From Octopus bimaculoides (Eukaryota): DNA of 54,464 bases. The stretch lies in contig NC_068989.1 of assembly GCF_001194135.2 (NCBI RefSeq), positions 67,960,375 through 68,014,838 of the forward strand, read 5' to 3'. The translations under genes were made by a program, and so were the position numbers. This document shows positions 36,675 to 48,871 of the stretch, in pieces. How positions within the stretch are numbered: position 1 is the stretch's first letter; each line of letters opens with the position of its first letter. The notes under the pieces were generated by a model. That model was not told where the DNA came from and made no database searches. It saw only the letters and a program-made list of their open reading frames with translations.

Positions 36675-37282
36675 GGTATACATATTTATTCAAGTATACA
36701 CATGCACATATACGTATATGAAGGCAAATATGCAAAGCAGTGTACTGAGCTTTGCCAATAAGTTAATTTTGTGAGCTGCCATGATTGAGAGCTGCAGTGA
36801 AATTCTTGTTCGTAGATAAACCAGTTCGTAATTCTATAGACTTACAGTTAATCTAGCTGTTTCTTCATATTTTGCATTTACACTTAGTCCCGCGTAAATA
36901 ATTGACTTCTATTCATTTTGGCTCGGTATCGTACCAAAAGGATAGAAATAAAGCAAGAAAAATGAGTAAGAATAGAAAAGGGGGAAAAAATGAGCGAGAA
37001 TAGAAAAAAAAAGTCTTTGATACAATTGCTTTTAGTGCTTGAACAGACGTAATAAGCCATTTTAAATATGTTGGCGCATGTTAAATATTTAAACTATGAA
37101 GTAATTAAAGATCTAGAATCAAACTTCATAACTTCAAAATTACTTCCTTTTATATAAACAGGCACAAACGTACACCATCACGTGTGCATATATATCTCTA
37201 TACATGTACATAGATTGACAGACATAGCTTGATAGATAGATAGATAGATAGAAAGAAAGATAGATAGAGTGATATATATATA

Positions 37283-37457
37283 TTGGGCCATCCCATAAAT
37301 AATGCGGTTTTTTCAATTGCATGAACTAAAAGTCGGCGAGGGACGGGATAAACTATCTGCATCAACTTGCTATAAAAGCAGGTATTAATTTTACCTTGTA
37401 CTTATTCTTAGTGCAAGTTTTGAAGAGTGCAGTTCGATTTCAACAGTTATTTTTTCA
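37283..37457 (+). mobile_element. Left end of a mariner-like DNA transposon, truncated before the transposase
   Basis: TA followed by TTGGGCCATCCCATAAATAATGCGGTTTTTT resembles mariner TIRs. No matching right TIR was seen in the window. Confidence 0.55.
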
Positions 37458-37692
37458 AAGACACTGCCTTGAAGAACTTTGAGGATCAAATCGACGCCTG
37501 TACTTTGGTTTCTTTTAACGTTTAGTAACATATTTTATGATTCTCTTTTGCGAACCGTTATGTTACGGTGAAAAACAAACACATTTTCCAAGCGGTCGGG
37601 AATAAACAATGACATCCCCAGATAAGTATAACTATATATANNNNNNNNNNNNNNNNNNNNNNNNNNNNNNNNNNNNNNNNNNNATATATATA

Positions 37693-37878
37693 TCGCTGAC
37701 CACTACACGCATTTTTTCTCTCCTTGTTTCTCTCCTTGTTTCTTTCCGTGTTCCTTTCTACAGAAGAGCGTAGGCTCGAATCGTTAAAGACTTTCTCAAT
37801 TCCCGAGCGTTATACTTATATGTCTATTTGTTTTCAACACCACCTGTCTTCGTCTGTTGTTTTTTTGTGAATTCTCCC
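37693..37878 (+). mobile_element. Family H1 copy 2 (hammerhead-like motif decayed)
   Basis: Collinear with 3950-4140; CTTT-CTACAGA-A-GAGC(GTAG)GCTC-GAATC-GTT-AAAG at 37754-37789; (TA)n on both sides. Confidence 0.75.
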
Positions 37879-37899
37879 TATATGTATATATGTATGTAT

Positions 37900-38130
37900 G
37901 CGGCGAGTTGGCAGAAACGTTCGCACGCCAGGCGAATTGCTTAGCGGTATTTCGTCTGCCGTTACGTTCTGAGTTCAAATTCCGCCGAGGTCCACTTTCC
38001 CATTCATACTTTCGGGGTCGATAAATTAAGTACCAGTTACGCACTGGGGTCGATGTAATCGACTTAATCCGTTTGTCTGTCCTTGTTTGTCCCCTCTATG
38101 TTTAGCCTCTTGTGGGCAATAAAGAAATAA
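37900..38130 (+). mobile_element. Family B SINE with an alternative, L1/Tx1-like 3' tail
   Basis: The body matches other family B copies. The tail TGTCTGTCCTTGTTTGTCCCCTCTATGTTTAGCCTCTTGTGGGCAATAAAGAAAT aligns with the reverse complement of 24531-24590. Confidence 0.9.
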
Positions 38131-38439
38131 TATATATATATATATACATGTATGTATGTATGTATGTATGTATATAAGTATGTATTATGTATGTGCATGT
38201 GATTATACAGGTCCAAAACAAGGTGGGAAAAATAATACTCGAGAAAAATGATATTTTATTGAACCAGAAGAGACATCAGAATCTGTTACTCGGAGTTTCC
38301 GTTGTGGCCAATCGCTTTTACCCAATAGATGGCGATACGAATTCGCAATACTGTTTATTCGATGAGTTTGTAATCATGTTTAGTTATATGTACATTAAGA
38401 AAAACTGACCTAATCCAGCATTATACAATTATACTTATG

Positions 38440-38752
38440 CTAAAGGAACAGTTGACTCCTCTATAAATGTATCATGGAATCAATCGTAGTTAGACGACGT
38501 ATGAGGGTTCGGCAAGAAATTGCCGAATAACCACGCAGATGGATTGTTTATAGTGATCAAATGTATGTGTACACATAAACTCGCTCCCTCAGTCAGATCG
38601 ACATTACCTGTACAGGTGCACCATGTGCCATATGTCAAATGACGAAATGATTGCAGAATATATATGGTCAAGAATATAACGCAACGTCTAGGAATCGAAC
38701 CCATGATCTTGCAATCGTGAGTGCAACACCTTAACCACTAAGCCATGCGTTT
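38440..38752 (-). mobile_element. tRNA-derived SINE with a further body type
   Basis: The reverse-complement head reads AACGCATGGCTTAGTGGTTAAGGTGTTGCACTCACGATTGCAAGATCATGGGTTCGATTCC (A and B boxes). The 3' boundary is approximate. Confidence 0.7.
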
Positions 38753-38779
38753 TCACATAAATATATGCATAAATACATT

Positions 38780-39189
38780 GGCGCAGGCGTGGCTGTGTGG
38801 TAAAAAGCTTCTTTCACCCCGACATGGTTCTTGATTCAGTCCTACTGCGTGGCACCTCGGTCAAATGTCTTCTACTATAGCTTCGAGCTGACCAAAGCCG
38901 TGTGAATGGATTTGATAGACGGAAACTGAAAGAAACCCATCGAATATATGCATATATATGTCTGTGTTTGTCGCCCTTACCCCACCACTACTACTACCAC
39001 CGCTTGACAACCAATATTAATGTGTTTACGTTCCCGTAACTAGCGGTTCGGCGGATGGGTTGGATACAATAACTACCAGGTTTTAAAACGATAAGTACTG
39101 ATTCATTCGACTAAAACCTTTTCAAGGCGGTGCCCCAGTATGGTCGCAGTCTTTTGACTGAAACAAGTAATAGATAAAAGATAAAAGAT
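38780..39189 (+). mobile_element. Family C SINE, full length
   Basis: GGCGCAGGCGTGGCTGTGTGGTAA...CCCCAGTATGGTCGCAGTCTTTTGACTGAAACAAGTAATAGATAAAAGATAAAAGA. Confidence 0.92.
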
Positions 39190-39566
39190 CTATATAGTAA
39201 CACGTGTGTGACCTACACTGTATGGAAATGCCATTAAAATACTTGTAGAAATGCTAAAAAAATGGTAGCAACTATTTGACAAGAATTAGTATATATAACA
39301 ATTTGTATTTATATAGTTTTTAGCTCATTTCAAATATATCTTATCTAACAATATACATTTTGAGGTTCTAAATAATTTTTCTAGATGGTTAAAGCACAAA
39401 ATTAGAGTTTTCATTATACACAAGAAATAGCTTGAGGCATAAGTAGTTTCAGAATTATGATTTTTATACACACAAATACACACATATACATAAAAAATAT
39501 ATGCCAATACATGCATGTATATATATATATGTGTGTGTGTGTGTATGTATGTGTGCGTGGTGTGTG

Positions 39567-39599
<33 letters not shown>

Positions 39600-41764
39600 G
39601 TGAGAGAGTTGGTATGTGAAAGCATGTGGTTGGATGTATGAAAGACAAAATGGAGTGAAAAAACTACAGAAGGCTTGTGATATATGGTTAAAGAATATAT
39701 TTAAATCGTTATGTTAGAAAAATGTTATAAATTTTGCGTATAGTAACATTGTTTTAGAGAAATAACCGATTTCGTATTTTCTTTTCAAATTTCTCAAATT
39801 TCTTTACTTATATCGTGTCATGTCTTCGCTATGTTGTGAAATATGGAGTTTCAGACGGAAAGGTAATCAGGGATCTTTTCATATATATATGAAATTTATT
39901 TACATATATTAACACCATTTAACATTTCCCATTTCTCAATATGGTAAACTGATATGTATCAGGAGAGCACGATGAGCTAAACATATTACTTTTTACTTTG
40001 TTTTATATTATCCTCCGTAGTTACCATTTTGGCACCCACAAGCTTGTTGCTGGGTTTCTTGTATATATGACAACATGCTCTCTGTCTTCCAGCTTCACAG
40101 TAATACGGATAAGTTAATAGTACTTTTAAGTGTCGTGGCAATGGCAACATTTGTCAAGCAGGTGACTTCCATTTTGGTAAAACTATAATGCTTTGCAAGT
40201 TCAATGTCAGGAAATGTTTCCGTCTGCAACAAAGTGAAATGGTCAGTGATATGATAAGAATGTTATTCCGAGCCAATGAAAAACTTTAAATTTAAAGCCT
40301 AGGTCCTGCACTGCAATTAAAATGTTGTTCGGCCTCAGGTTTAAGTCCCACCTTTCTCAACTATAGCTGAGTCATTATTCCCTTCTTTATTCAATCTTAC
40401 AAAGAGTTATCTATCTTAACATTGGCATTTTGTAAAATCAGATTTAATTTATTTCTTAGTTGTTACTCTTTAAATAGTTTATGTTGCCGTTCCCCCATTT
40501 CTATCAAACTCGTTTATTACTCCAGCCTTTGTTTATATTTGTTGGTGATCTGAATACAAAACAACTTCATTGTTTTTGCTTTTCTTCATGTTTTGTATTT
40601 ATATTATTAATTTCTATTTATCATTTACTACATACATTTGTATTCCGATAGTAAATCATTCATAATAATACTCTTGTTGTTGGAGACTTCAATTTTTCTG
40701 AATTCGAAGTGCATCATAATAAATATAATATTTATGATTTGATTTTGGGGTTGCACATTCTCCATTGTTCTTCCATAATATTTATACCCGAGTTCATTAT
40801 GGTTTTGAATATTCATTAACGTTGTTAGCACCTGAGAGAAAAGGAACAAAGAGAGGAAGCCCACTTGTGAAATTCTTCGTCTAATAGACGTGGGATTCGT
40901 TTATATAATTCCCTCGTTTGTTTGTATTTGCACATTTATTTGCGTTTTGTTCACATGTTTGATGCAGCTGCTTATCATTAATACTGCATTATTCATTTCT
41001 AATGTTTCTACAATCCACTTCTGGGGAACACAGACCAAACCATCCTGATAATCAATCCTTGTCATGCTGTTTCAAACATAACCTCCGGTTATTGATTTGT
41101 CTATCAGCAATTGATCTTTTCAACTATAACAGCATTTACAAAAGAAACGCAGAACTACTTTTTAATGTAATTATTTATTTTCTCCAATGTTATTGCCTTA
41201 ACGTAAACAAATAACTAATCTACATCATTAGGGATTTTATGATTCTTTCAATTTTGAGCTTATTATCCTCTTCTGCTGTATGACAATCAGATGCTTTCAG
41301 AAAACTTGGCCAGAGATGCTACCAAGAGAGGTCGTCATTGCTTTTCATCCCTTCAGGTTTAATAAAGTAAAGTAGTCGATGGTATCAACTAACCCCTCCC
41401 CCTAAAAGTTCTGGGCCTGTGTTATTGTTACTGTTATTGTTATAACTAAAGTTTCGTTAACGTTATTACTGTGGTGCATCCCATTATTGAAATAATTTGT
41501 TCACTTTTCAGCATTTTTGTTGCAACTTTAAATAAGGATCTTCGATTTACTGAGTAAAGAGGAGAATTGAGAAAGCGTGTCCAAAAGGAAACAACTTTAT
41601 TAGTCTTTATTTGCTTTCGTCTGTTTTGCTTGCTTGTTAGAATTTCGGTGACGATAACGCCCAAACATAGAGGTGGCAGGAAAACCTCATACAAATATAA
41701 AGTGGCACAAAAATAAAAACATTTACAATAATAACCACAACGGTTTCCCTAAGGCTTTTAATAA

Positions 41765-42413
41765 AGCAATAAAGCAAGCTGCAGCGATTCCAGCGGCAGC
41801 AGCAACAATAAAAGCGACAACAGCAATGTCAATAACAACAGCGATAATGACAGCAACAGCAAAAGCAACATCAAAACTAATGATGATGATAAAATAAATG
41901 TTGAGGACGATTCCACGGGCTGGCAGTGTGTTGACCCGGATGGCGGCGAAATTAACATAGCACTTCTTGTTCTCCCTAAACGACAAGGTGGTGCTCCTGA
42001 CAGAGATGAAATAGCTTGTGAAGGTGAGTAGGAGGAAGGGCATAAGTTTCCTTCCGAGCTGAAAGTTGAAAGGCAGACGGTGATGCATTTCTGTATGCCG
42101 GCTAAAACCTGACACGTGAAAGCAACGACAAATGTCCAGGTAGAAAAAGCTATGAAAAAATTAGATGGAAATCCTGTGAACAATGCAAAGCATTTTGGGA
42201 GCATGGAGGTACACTTTAAGATAGAAAACTTCTCAATGAAGAATTCCATAGCTCCCATACTCACCATCCTCCGCCCCCGAAATAAAAGCTTTGTGCTGAT
42301 TAGAATCGCTAATAAAAAGCTTATGCCATTTCTCGGAATAAAGGAAAGCATTAACAGAAGGAGAGGTCACAAGAAATATTGCCGTTATAATTTTGTTGTT
42401 AATCTTATTGCTT
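41765..42413 (+). pseudogene. Decayed reading frame, possibly the N-terminal part of a piggyBac-type transposase
   Basis: One frame runs for about 216 codons with only two stops (42029 and 42110). EINIALLVLPKRQGGAPDRDE and NKSFVL...KLMPFLGI loosely resemble PGBD-type motifs. No TTAA or TIR was identified. Confidence 0.35.
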
Positions 42414-42415
42414 TA

Positions 42416-42902
42416 CAGTAATCCTTCGAGTATCGCGGATGTTACGTTCCAAAACACACCGCAATAAGTGAAAATCTGAGAAGTAGAAACAATACTGTAC
42501 TGTATATTTTTTAATTATTTTTATAATTTGTATATATTTATTATAAATGCTAAACACCACCACACTCATGCCTTCCGAGTTTCTTTTTCCATACAGTATG
42601 TACGATTCTTTGTTTACTCACCTGCGGTACGTTACGTATATCTTTTAAATATATTCTGATTAATGTTTTACAGTGCAGTACTGTACTGTATATTTATCTA
42701 TTAGTTTATTAATTTTTAGTCGTGAAAATGCTTATTTTACCACAGAAATAATCAAAATCTAAAAAAATATAAATAACTATCAGCTGCAGAAACCCGCGAT
42801 ATACTGAGGAGTCCGTGATATAAATTTACATATATTAGCCAGAAAAATCCGCGATGTACTGAGGGCGCGATAGGTGAACCGCGATTTGGCGAGTGACTAC
42901 TG
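42416..42902. mobile_element. Tigger/pogo-like MITE, 487 bp
   Basis: TA then CAGTAATCCTTCGAGTATCGCGG at the left end; the right end (reverse complement) is CAGTAGTCACTCGCCAAATCGCGG, followed by CA (a mutated TA). Repeated CCGCGAT subterminal motifs. Confidence 0.85.
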
Positions 42903-43004
42903 CATATTGTTCACATCGGTTTGTTTAAATCCTTCTGTCCTTGTCTTTGTTTTCGTGGGCATTGTGACCAATAAAGAAAGTATTTTTACTATTAAGACGG
43001 TGAA

Positions 43005-43395
43005 CAGCATTTCCTTCAGCTGTTTCTGTTCTCACTTCAAATTTCGCATAGTTCAACTATGCCTTTCATCCCTTTGTGGGTCGATAAAATGAAGTACCAG
43101 TCAAGTACTGGGGTCGATGTAATTCATTAACTCCTTTCTCCGAGAACTGCTGGTCTTGTGCCAAAATGTGAAACAATTAAGACGAAACTGGAAGAATCGT
43201 TAGCGCGTCGAACTGAATGCTTAGCGGTATTTCTACCAGGGCTTTACGTTCTGAGATAGAATTCTGCCGAGGTCAACTCTGCCTTACTTCCTTTCGGGAT
43301 TGATAAAATTATGTACCAACCAACGACTGGAATCCATGTAATTGACCACCCCATCCCTAGTTGCTGGCCGTATTCCAAAATTTAAGACAATTGCT
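43005..43395 (+). mobile_element. Two family B SINEs head-to-tail
   Basis: The first ends CTTGTGCCAAAATGTGAAACAATT and the second begins immediately (~43179) with AAGACGAAACTGGAAGAATCGTTAGCG. Confidence 0.8.
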
Positions 43396-43699
43396 ATTAT
43401 TGTTCTTTATTGTAAGGTAAGTCCGTTCAGGTCATTTGCATCCAGCTGGGCAATGGAGAGAAACAGATCATAAATAAATAATGAACCATAAATATTTATC
43501 AAAATTAAAAGAGAATATGTTGAACTGATTACTATGTCGCATTAGCAACGTTTCTTTGTGGCCACAGCTTAAATTCCACTTATCTTCCAGCCTTCGTCGA
43601 CCGAACTCTTTAAACCCCTTCCTTAAAAATGTATGATACTAATTTTAGAATTAAGATTAAACTATCGGTTTCAAATATAAGGATAAACATTAAATTGGG

Positions 43700-43857
43700 G
43701 TATACGTGTATAATCGATTAAATCTATGGCAATACTAAGCTGAGTCTTCATCCTATCGCTTCTCTGAAGGATGAATAGCAACGTTGATCGTAGCCGAATT
43801 TGAACTTAGAGTGTAACGCATTTTGTGTGGCGCTCAGCGGTTCTACCAATCCATCGT
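43700..43857 (-). mobile_element. Degenerate family B SINE
   Basis: GAAGGATGAATAGCAACGTTGA...GAATTTGAACTTAG...GCATTTTGTGTGGCGCTCAGCGGTTCTACCAA. Confidence 0.65.
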
Positions 43858-45139
43858 ACGAATTAAGAATAAAATAATGAAATCAGAATCAAAGAAATAA
43901 AAAGAATAACACTATTCCCATACAAAATATTTTGTTTAATTAGATTTTGTCCATGTTATTTAATTAATTTTTCAATTATATAACACCTCGATGTTCATGA
44001 TGTTTATTTAACTGTTTTGTTTATTATATTTAATTATTGGTTTTGTATCATATATGAACGTTCATGCTAACGGTGATACACAATGCGTAAAAAAAAAGAA
44101 AAAACAGAAAGGAAACGGCATCCAAGCGAGAATATGTAAAACTGTCGGAAAGAAATGCAAAATTCATTCTATGGTAAAATCTAGATGAAATAATATTGAA
44201 ACAGTTCAATGATTCTTTCTTGTTTATAAAGTCAATAATTTTCTTACAGAGACGTGTGTTTTGTTCGCATTCATATTACTTTTATAGTTTCCCGTAAGCA
44301 TTCTTCTCTACATTACGAGAAAGAGAAATATTTAGAATATTTATGGAGATAATCAGCATAGTGTATTAGAGGTAAACGAATGACTGAAGTTAATTTGGGC
44401 AAGCGTTTCCCTCATATATTCTTGTGTATATCGACTGTCATTGAGAGAGAAAGGAAGAGATAAATAAATAGAGAGAGGGAGAGAAAGAGAGAGATAAATA
44501 GATTGAGAGAGGGAGAGAAAGAGGGAGAGAAAGAGAGTGTTATCTTGCGTGATAAGCAAGCTGTGCAGATGATTAGTTCGGTTGTCTTGGAATGAAGATT
44601 TTGAGAAACATTGTTCTTTCTGAAAGCTACAAGTTAACTACAATCTAACGGCCACCCACCACTCGTGTGATCCACCATCAGCAATTGCTGCTTCTGCACA
44701 CGTTTACTTGATATCCTATATTCAAGTTTACTAGGTTAATGATTGTTGTTTTTGCTAGATTTTCCATGAATAATCAACTTCCTTTTATGACTGTTTCTTA
44801 TATTTATAACTCTCAAAGAGCGGAAAGATATTCTATGAAACAGTGACTTTTGAATTAAGAACAGTGAGACACTAAACTACAAATAGATTCGTTGAGAAAA
44901 GAATAACATCATTTATACTAAAAGTTGGTGAACTTATTGTTGGTGGAATAGTGGGATCAACATCTAGATATATTTATATTTTGTGTATATCCTTTATTCA
45001 TTTAAATTTTTAAACTGTTTCCTACTTATTAACCATATTTCAGTCCTTCAGAATTAATATCCATAATTGTTTCTTTTTTTTTATACATGTGATATAAGAT
45101 TAGTTTATACTAAAACCTAGTTGCGGATGAATCGTTGAT

Positions 45140-45295
45140 TATATCCGTGTAACCTAGCGGTCCGGCAAAAAGCGCCGATAGAATAAATACGAGGCTTAAA
45201 AAATTAAGTACTGCGGTCGATTTGTGTGACTAAACCTTTCAAGGCGGTATCCCAGCATGGCCGCAGTTCAATGACTGAAAGAGGCAAAAGGTAAA
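45140..45295 (+). mobile_element. Family C SINE, 3' half only
   Basis: GTAACCTAGCGGTCCGGCAAAA...CCGATAGAATAA...TTCAAGGCGGTATCCCAGCATGGCCGCAGTTCAATGACTGAAA. Confidence 0.85.
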
Positions 45296-45835
45296 ATACA
45301 GCCACTGCAGGGCCACTTCTATAATGAGTAATTATACGTATAATTTCTCCTCTATTGTTGCTTCTACACTCAGGAGTAGCTTTGAGTATTAGTTCATGAA
45401 TCAATGAATATAAATATATGATAACGTTCACAAAAGCTTAAGTAGATATCTACTTTACACATAAATACTACTTTTAAAAGATTTGAATAAAGCTCTCTGT
45501 GCATCCTATTTTTTTGTGAAAGGTAAATATAGCTTCTTCAGCAAAGAATAAATATACTTATATTTCTTTTTCTCTACTACCGCTTCTAAAATCTTTCAAT
45601 TTCAGTGCATGGATCAATGATTACAAGCATAAGATTCATGAAAACTTAAGTAAATGTGCACTTTATTTACAAATAGTAATTGTAAAAGTGAAATGTTCTG
45701 TGCATACTATTTTATGAAAGGTAAAAGTAGCTACTGCATAACCCTTTGCATAAATAATAATTATACGTATACTTTCTTTTGTATTATTGTTTCTATGCCA
45801 GTAACAACATTTGAATATTTGGTTTACAATTGGCT
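45286..45835. repeat. Ancient degenerate tandem repeat, ~200-230-bp unit, about 2.5-3 copies
   Basis: AAAGGTAAA..AGC at ~45287, 45518 and 45716. TAA(T/A)TATAC..ATA recurs three times; CTTAAGTA.AT and CTGTGCAT.CTATT each recur twice, in the same order. Confidence 0.7.
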
Positions 45836-46001
45836 AAATATTTCTGCAGTTATCTTATTTCTAAGGAATATTTCTAAGTGACACCAAACCAAGCCAAACC
45901 AAACGACATCTCATCTAGGCTACCTCACTTTCTCATTATTTGAGTTCTAAATTTTTGTAACTTTCATAACCTGGTTCAGCAGTTTGATACCTCTGTAATT
46001 A

Positions 46002-47337
46002 CTGTATATTTTCACCGTATAAGACGACCATGAAATTCTAAAATTTATGCTACAAATTTGGGGTCGTCTTATACCACCATTATAAAAATCAAACTTTGAA
46101 TTTTAAGTGATTTTATAAGTAAGCTAACCTCAACCTCGGTGCGATAAATCTATTTTGGTCTTTGTTTTACGTTTAAAAATAGCCATGGGTTTTAATTTTG
46201 TACCGTCAGCCATGCAAAATGATACCACCGTAAATCTCGATTTCTCATATCCTGTGCTGTTAACGTGCACTGTTTTTACTCCTTTCAAATCTACCATTTT
46301 GTTACCCAGAATGTCAAAGTTTAATGGAGTTTCATCCATATTTCCAATATGAGACAATGGAAACCGATGCCCTTTTCTCATCTGGATGATGAACTGAAGA
46401 AAACTGGTTCCTATGTAATTCAGATATATCGGGAGTTTTGGGGCGATTTTTGTTTTCTCCCTTATCACCAAATTTTTGCTGTTCATAAAACGATTGTACC
46501 AACCTACTGTTGCTTTAAAATCTTTACTTTCTCCTTTATATGATGTAGCCCATTTTAGGGCCATAAGATCTTATTTTATTTCGTGATACAATGTAGCCAT
46601 ATTGTCTCTGGTGAAGTACTCATTCTGTTATATCATTTTCCAACTTCAGCCAACGAGTGCTTCCTCTTCTCATAGCACATTTTTGTTTGGGCATTTGTCT
46701 TAATTTTTCTTCATTCTTTCTCCACTGTCGATCATCTCGGTAACATCGAACATTCCAGCGGCAGCAAAATTGTTCGAACTCTTGGCTACTTCTATATCTT
46801 TCAATTTGAAACAAGCCTTATATTTTCTTTTTACTGGTGGTTGCATATTGGTATGGGTATAAAATAATTATAAATTTCACTTGACTTAACAGTTTGTGAT
46901 TTTATATGGAGTATAGGTAAATAGTTATTAATATTCCAGGCTGATTGTAACTGTTTAGAACATTTCAGTCATACGAACCACCATTATCGTATTGTTGTTA
47001 GCCGTTGTTACGATTGCGATAAAGTTTTGATGAAGAAGAAGAATTAGGTTACCTTTTAGGAAACGTGTGTATGAAAAACCTTCATATAGAAACGGATTTG
47101 TTATTTCGTTTATTTTAATTTCTAAGGATATAGTAAGTAAAAAGAAAACATTTGTAATAAGATCATCGTTACATGACCAATATTTCTAAAGATACCTGCT
47201 GTCGTAAAAGCAAGCCTAGTTGGTTTTGTAATTTAGAAGTCGTCTTATACTACAGATATTAGATAAATTCATGAATTTCTTCTACAAATTTTGACTTCAT
47301 CTTAGCTAAAGGTCGTCTCATACACGGAAATATACGG
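46002..47337 (-). mobile_element. Internally deleted pogo-family (POGK-like) DNA transposon
   Basis: TA on both sides. TIRs CTGTATATTTTCACCGTATAAGACGACC and (reverse complement) CCGTATATTTCCGTGTATGAGACGACC. Inner copies of GTCGTCTTATAC lie near each end. Confidence 0.93.
46130..46846 (-). pseudogene. Decayed pogo transposase N-terminal half (Brinker-like HTH, CENP-B/Tc5 HTH, start of DDE_1)
   Basis: MQPPVKRKYKACFKLK..., RQWRKNEEKL..KCAMRRG, FKATVGWYNRFM, IGNMDETPLNFD and TGYEKSRFTVV...DGTKLKPMAIFKRKT; a frameshift and stops are present. Confidence 0.92.
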
Positions 47338-48224
47338 TACTTCTCACCAAAGCATCTCCTTTACCTTTGTAGCAATTGACTATATTGCTGCTACACCAGT
47401 CAATAGATATGATACCTTCCTGATTTCAGGATGTAGAGCAGATAAAAGAAGATGCCTTCAGTTCCTTACAATGAAATTATCTGAGATGACCTGGAACCGC
47501 TTTCTGATAACCAGATGAATTATGAGAATATGGATTAAAATGATATATTTATAGAGAAAGGGAAACACGTATAGCCTCAGCTTAAATCTTTAAGTACGTA
47601 ATCTCACTTTATCCAATCGTTAATCACCACCCGTTACTGCTACATATAGATATATGAAGACTGAAATGTTTGCACATATCACTTCGGATTGCATATATAC
47701 TTGAATCCTTCTTCGGGTCTGATATCTTTTGGCGAATCTTAACTGCAAGATTAACGTTTATTACTGGAGATTTAAACTACATTTCATTTTACAGCTTTTA
47801 TCCTTACTTTGATTTATATACTTTTCTTACTAATGCTCTTTTCTTTAATTTCGGCTATTTTGGTGTTGCTCTTGTGAATAGTGTTGCTTTGACAGCAATT
47901 GCAGTTGCTTCTTTGTATCTTCACTATTCATTAAGAGTTGAATTCATACATTTTGATTGTCATACTTGTTGTCCTTGTCAATTTTTTTCTATTCGCTTTG
48001 GTTCGTATTATCTTTCCTTTTCTGCTTCTACTATTGCCGCCACATTTGAGCAGTTACAAATTATACTTGACATGAGTTATAAGCTGTTATATGCAACATA
48101 TATGAAATTTCACGCTAGAACGCTTTCTTTGGAGGAAAACGATCAGCCATGAGTTATTTTACAGGGAGATATACATATACAATGTTTTTGCAGTGAATAT
48201 TTATTATGTAAGTGACTTATGTAA

Positions 48225-48551
48225 GGGCGCATGACTCAGTGGTTAGAGCGTCGGGCTCACAATCATAAGGTAGTGAGTTCGGTTCCCGGACCGAGCTGTG
48301 TGTTGTGTTCTTTAGCATGACACTTTATTTCGCGTTGCTCCAGTTCACTCAGCTGTAGAAATGAGTTGCGATGTCACTAGTACCAAGCTGTAACAGCCTT
48401 TGCTTTTTCTTTGGATAACATCAGTGGCCTGGAGAGGGGAGGCTGGTATGCATGGGTTCTTGCCCGAACTTGTGCCTCGGGGGGGGGGGTAAGTTTCTAG
48501 GTACAGCCCCATAGTCATTCATGACCGAAAAGGGTCTTTACCCTTTACCTT
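48225..48551 (+). mobile_element. tRNA-derived CORE-type SINE (family D), full length
   Basis: GGGCGCATGACTCAGTGGTTAGAGCG (A box), GAGTTCGGTTCC (B box), CORE-like GACACTTTATTTCGCGTTGCTCCAGTTCACTCAGCTGTAGAAATGAGT, and a tail ending TTTACCCTTTACC. Confidence 0.9.
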
Positions 48552-48871
48552 GATAACTATTCAGAAGGAATTTAAATATGCAATTATTTGTCAATAGTAG
48601 TGCGACACTTTATGAGATGCTATAAAATAATATTATACAGTTACGCGATTACATCTCTCAGATTTATCGAAAATATAATTTCATAACTGAATTCTTCATC
48701 TAAAAAAACCCCAATGAAATCTTGATTGGAGTAATTAGGAATTCATGTCATTCATACTTTTCTCATAATTAAACTGCAACTAAACTGGAGTGAAATACGT
48801 AAAAATATGAATTGAAACTTTGTAGATTATTTGCTTTCAGGGGTATTTATTTATCCCTACAACAATACAGT

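Noticed and set aside
39990-41220. Exon candidates after strong acceptors at 40020 and 40962
   Set aside because: Several frames and donors are equally possible with no recognisable product, so no call can be supported.
47428-47475. DVEQIKEDAFSSLQ as an LRR exon
   Set aside because: A stop follows immediately and the LxxLxL spacing does not continue.
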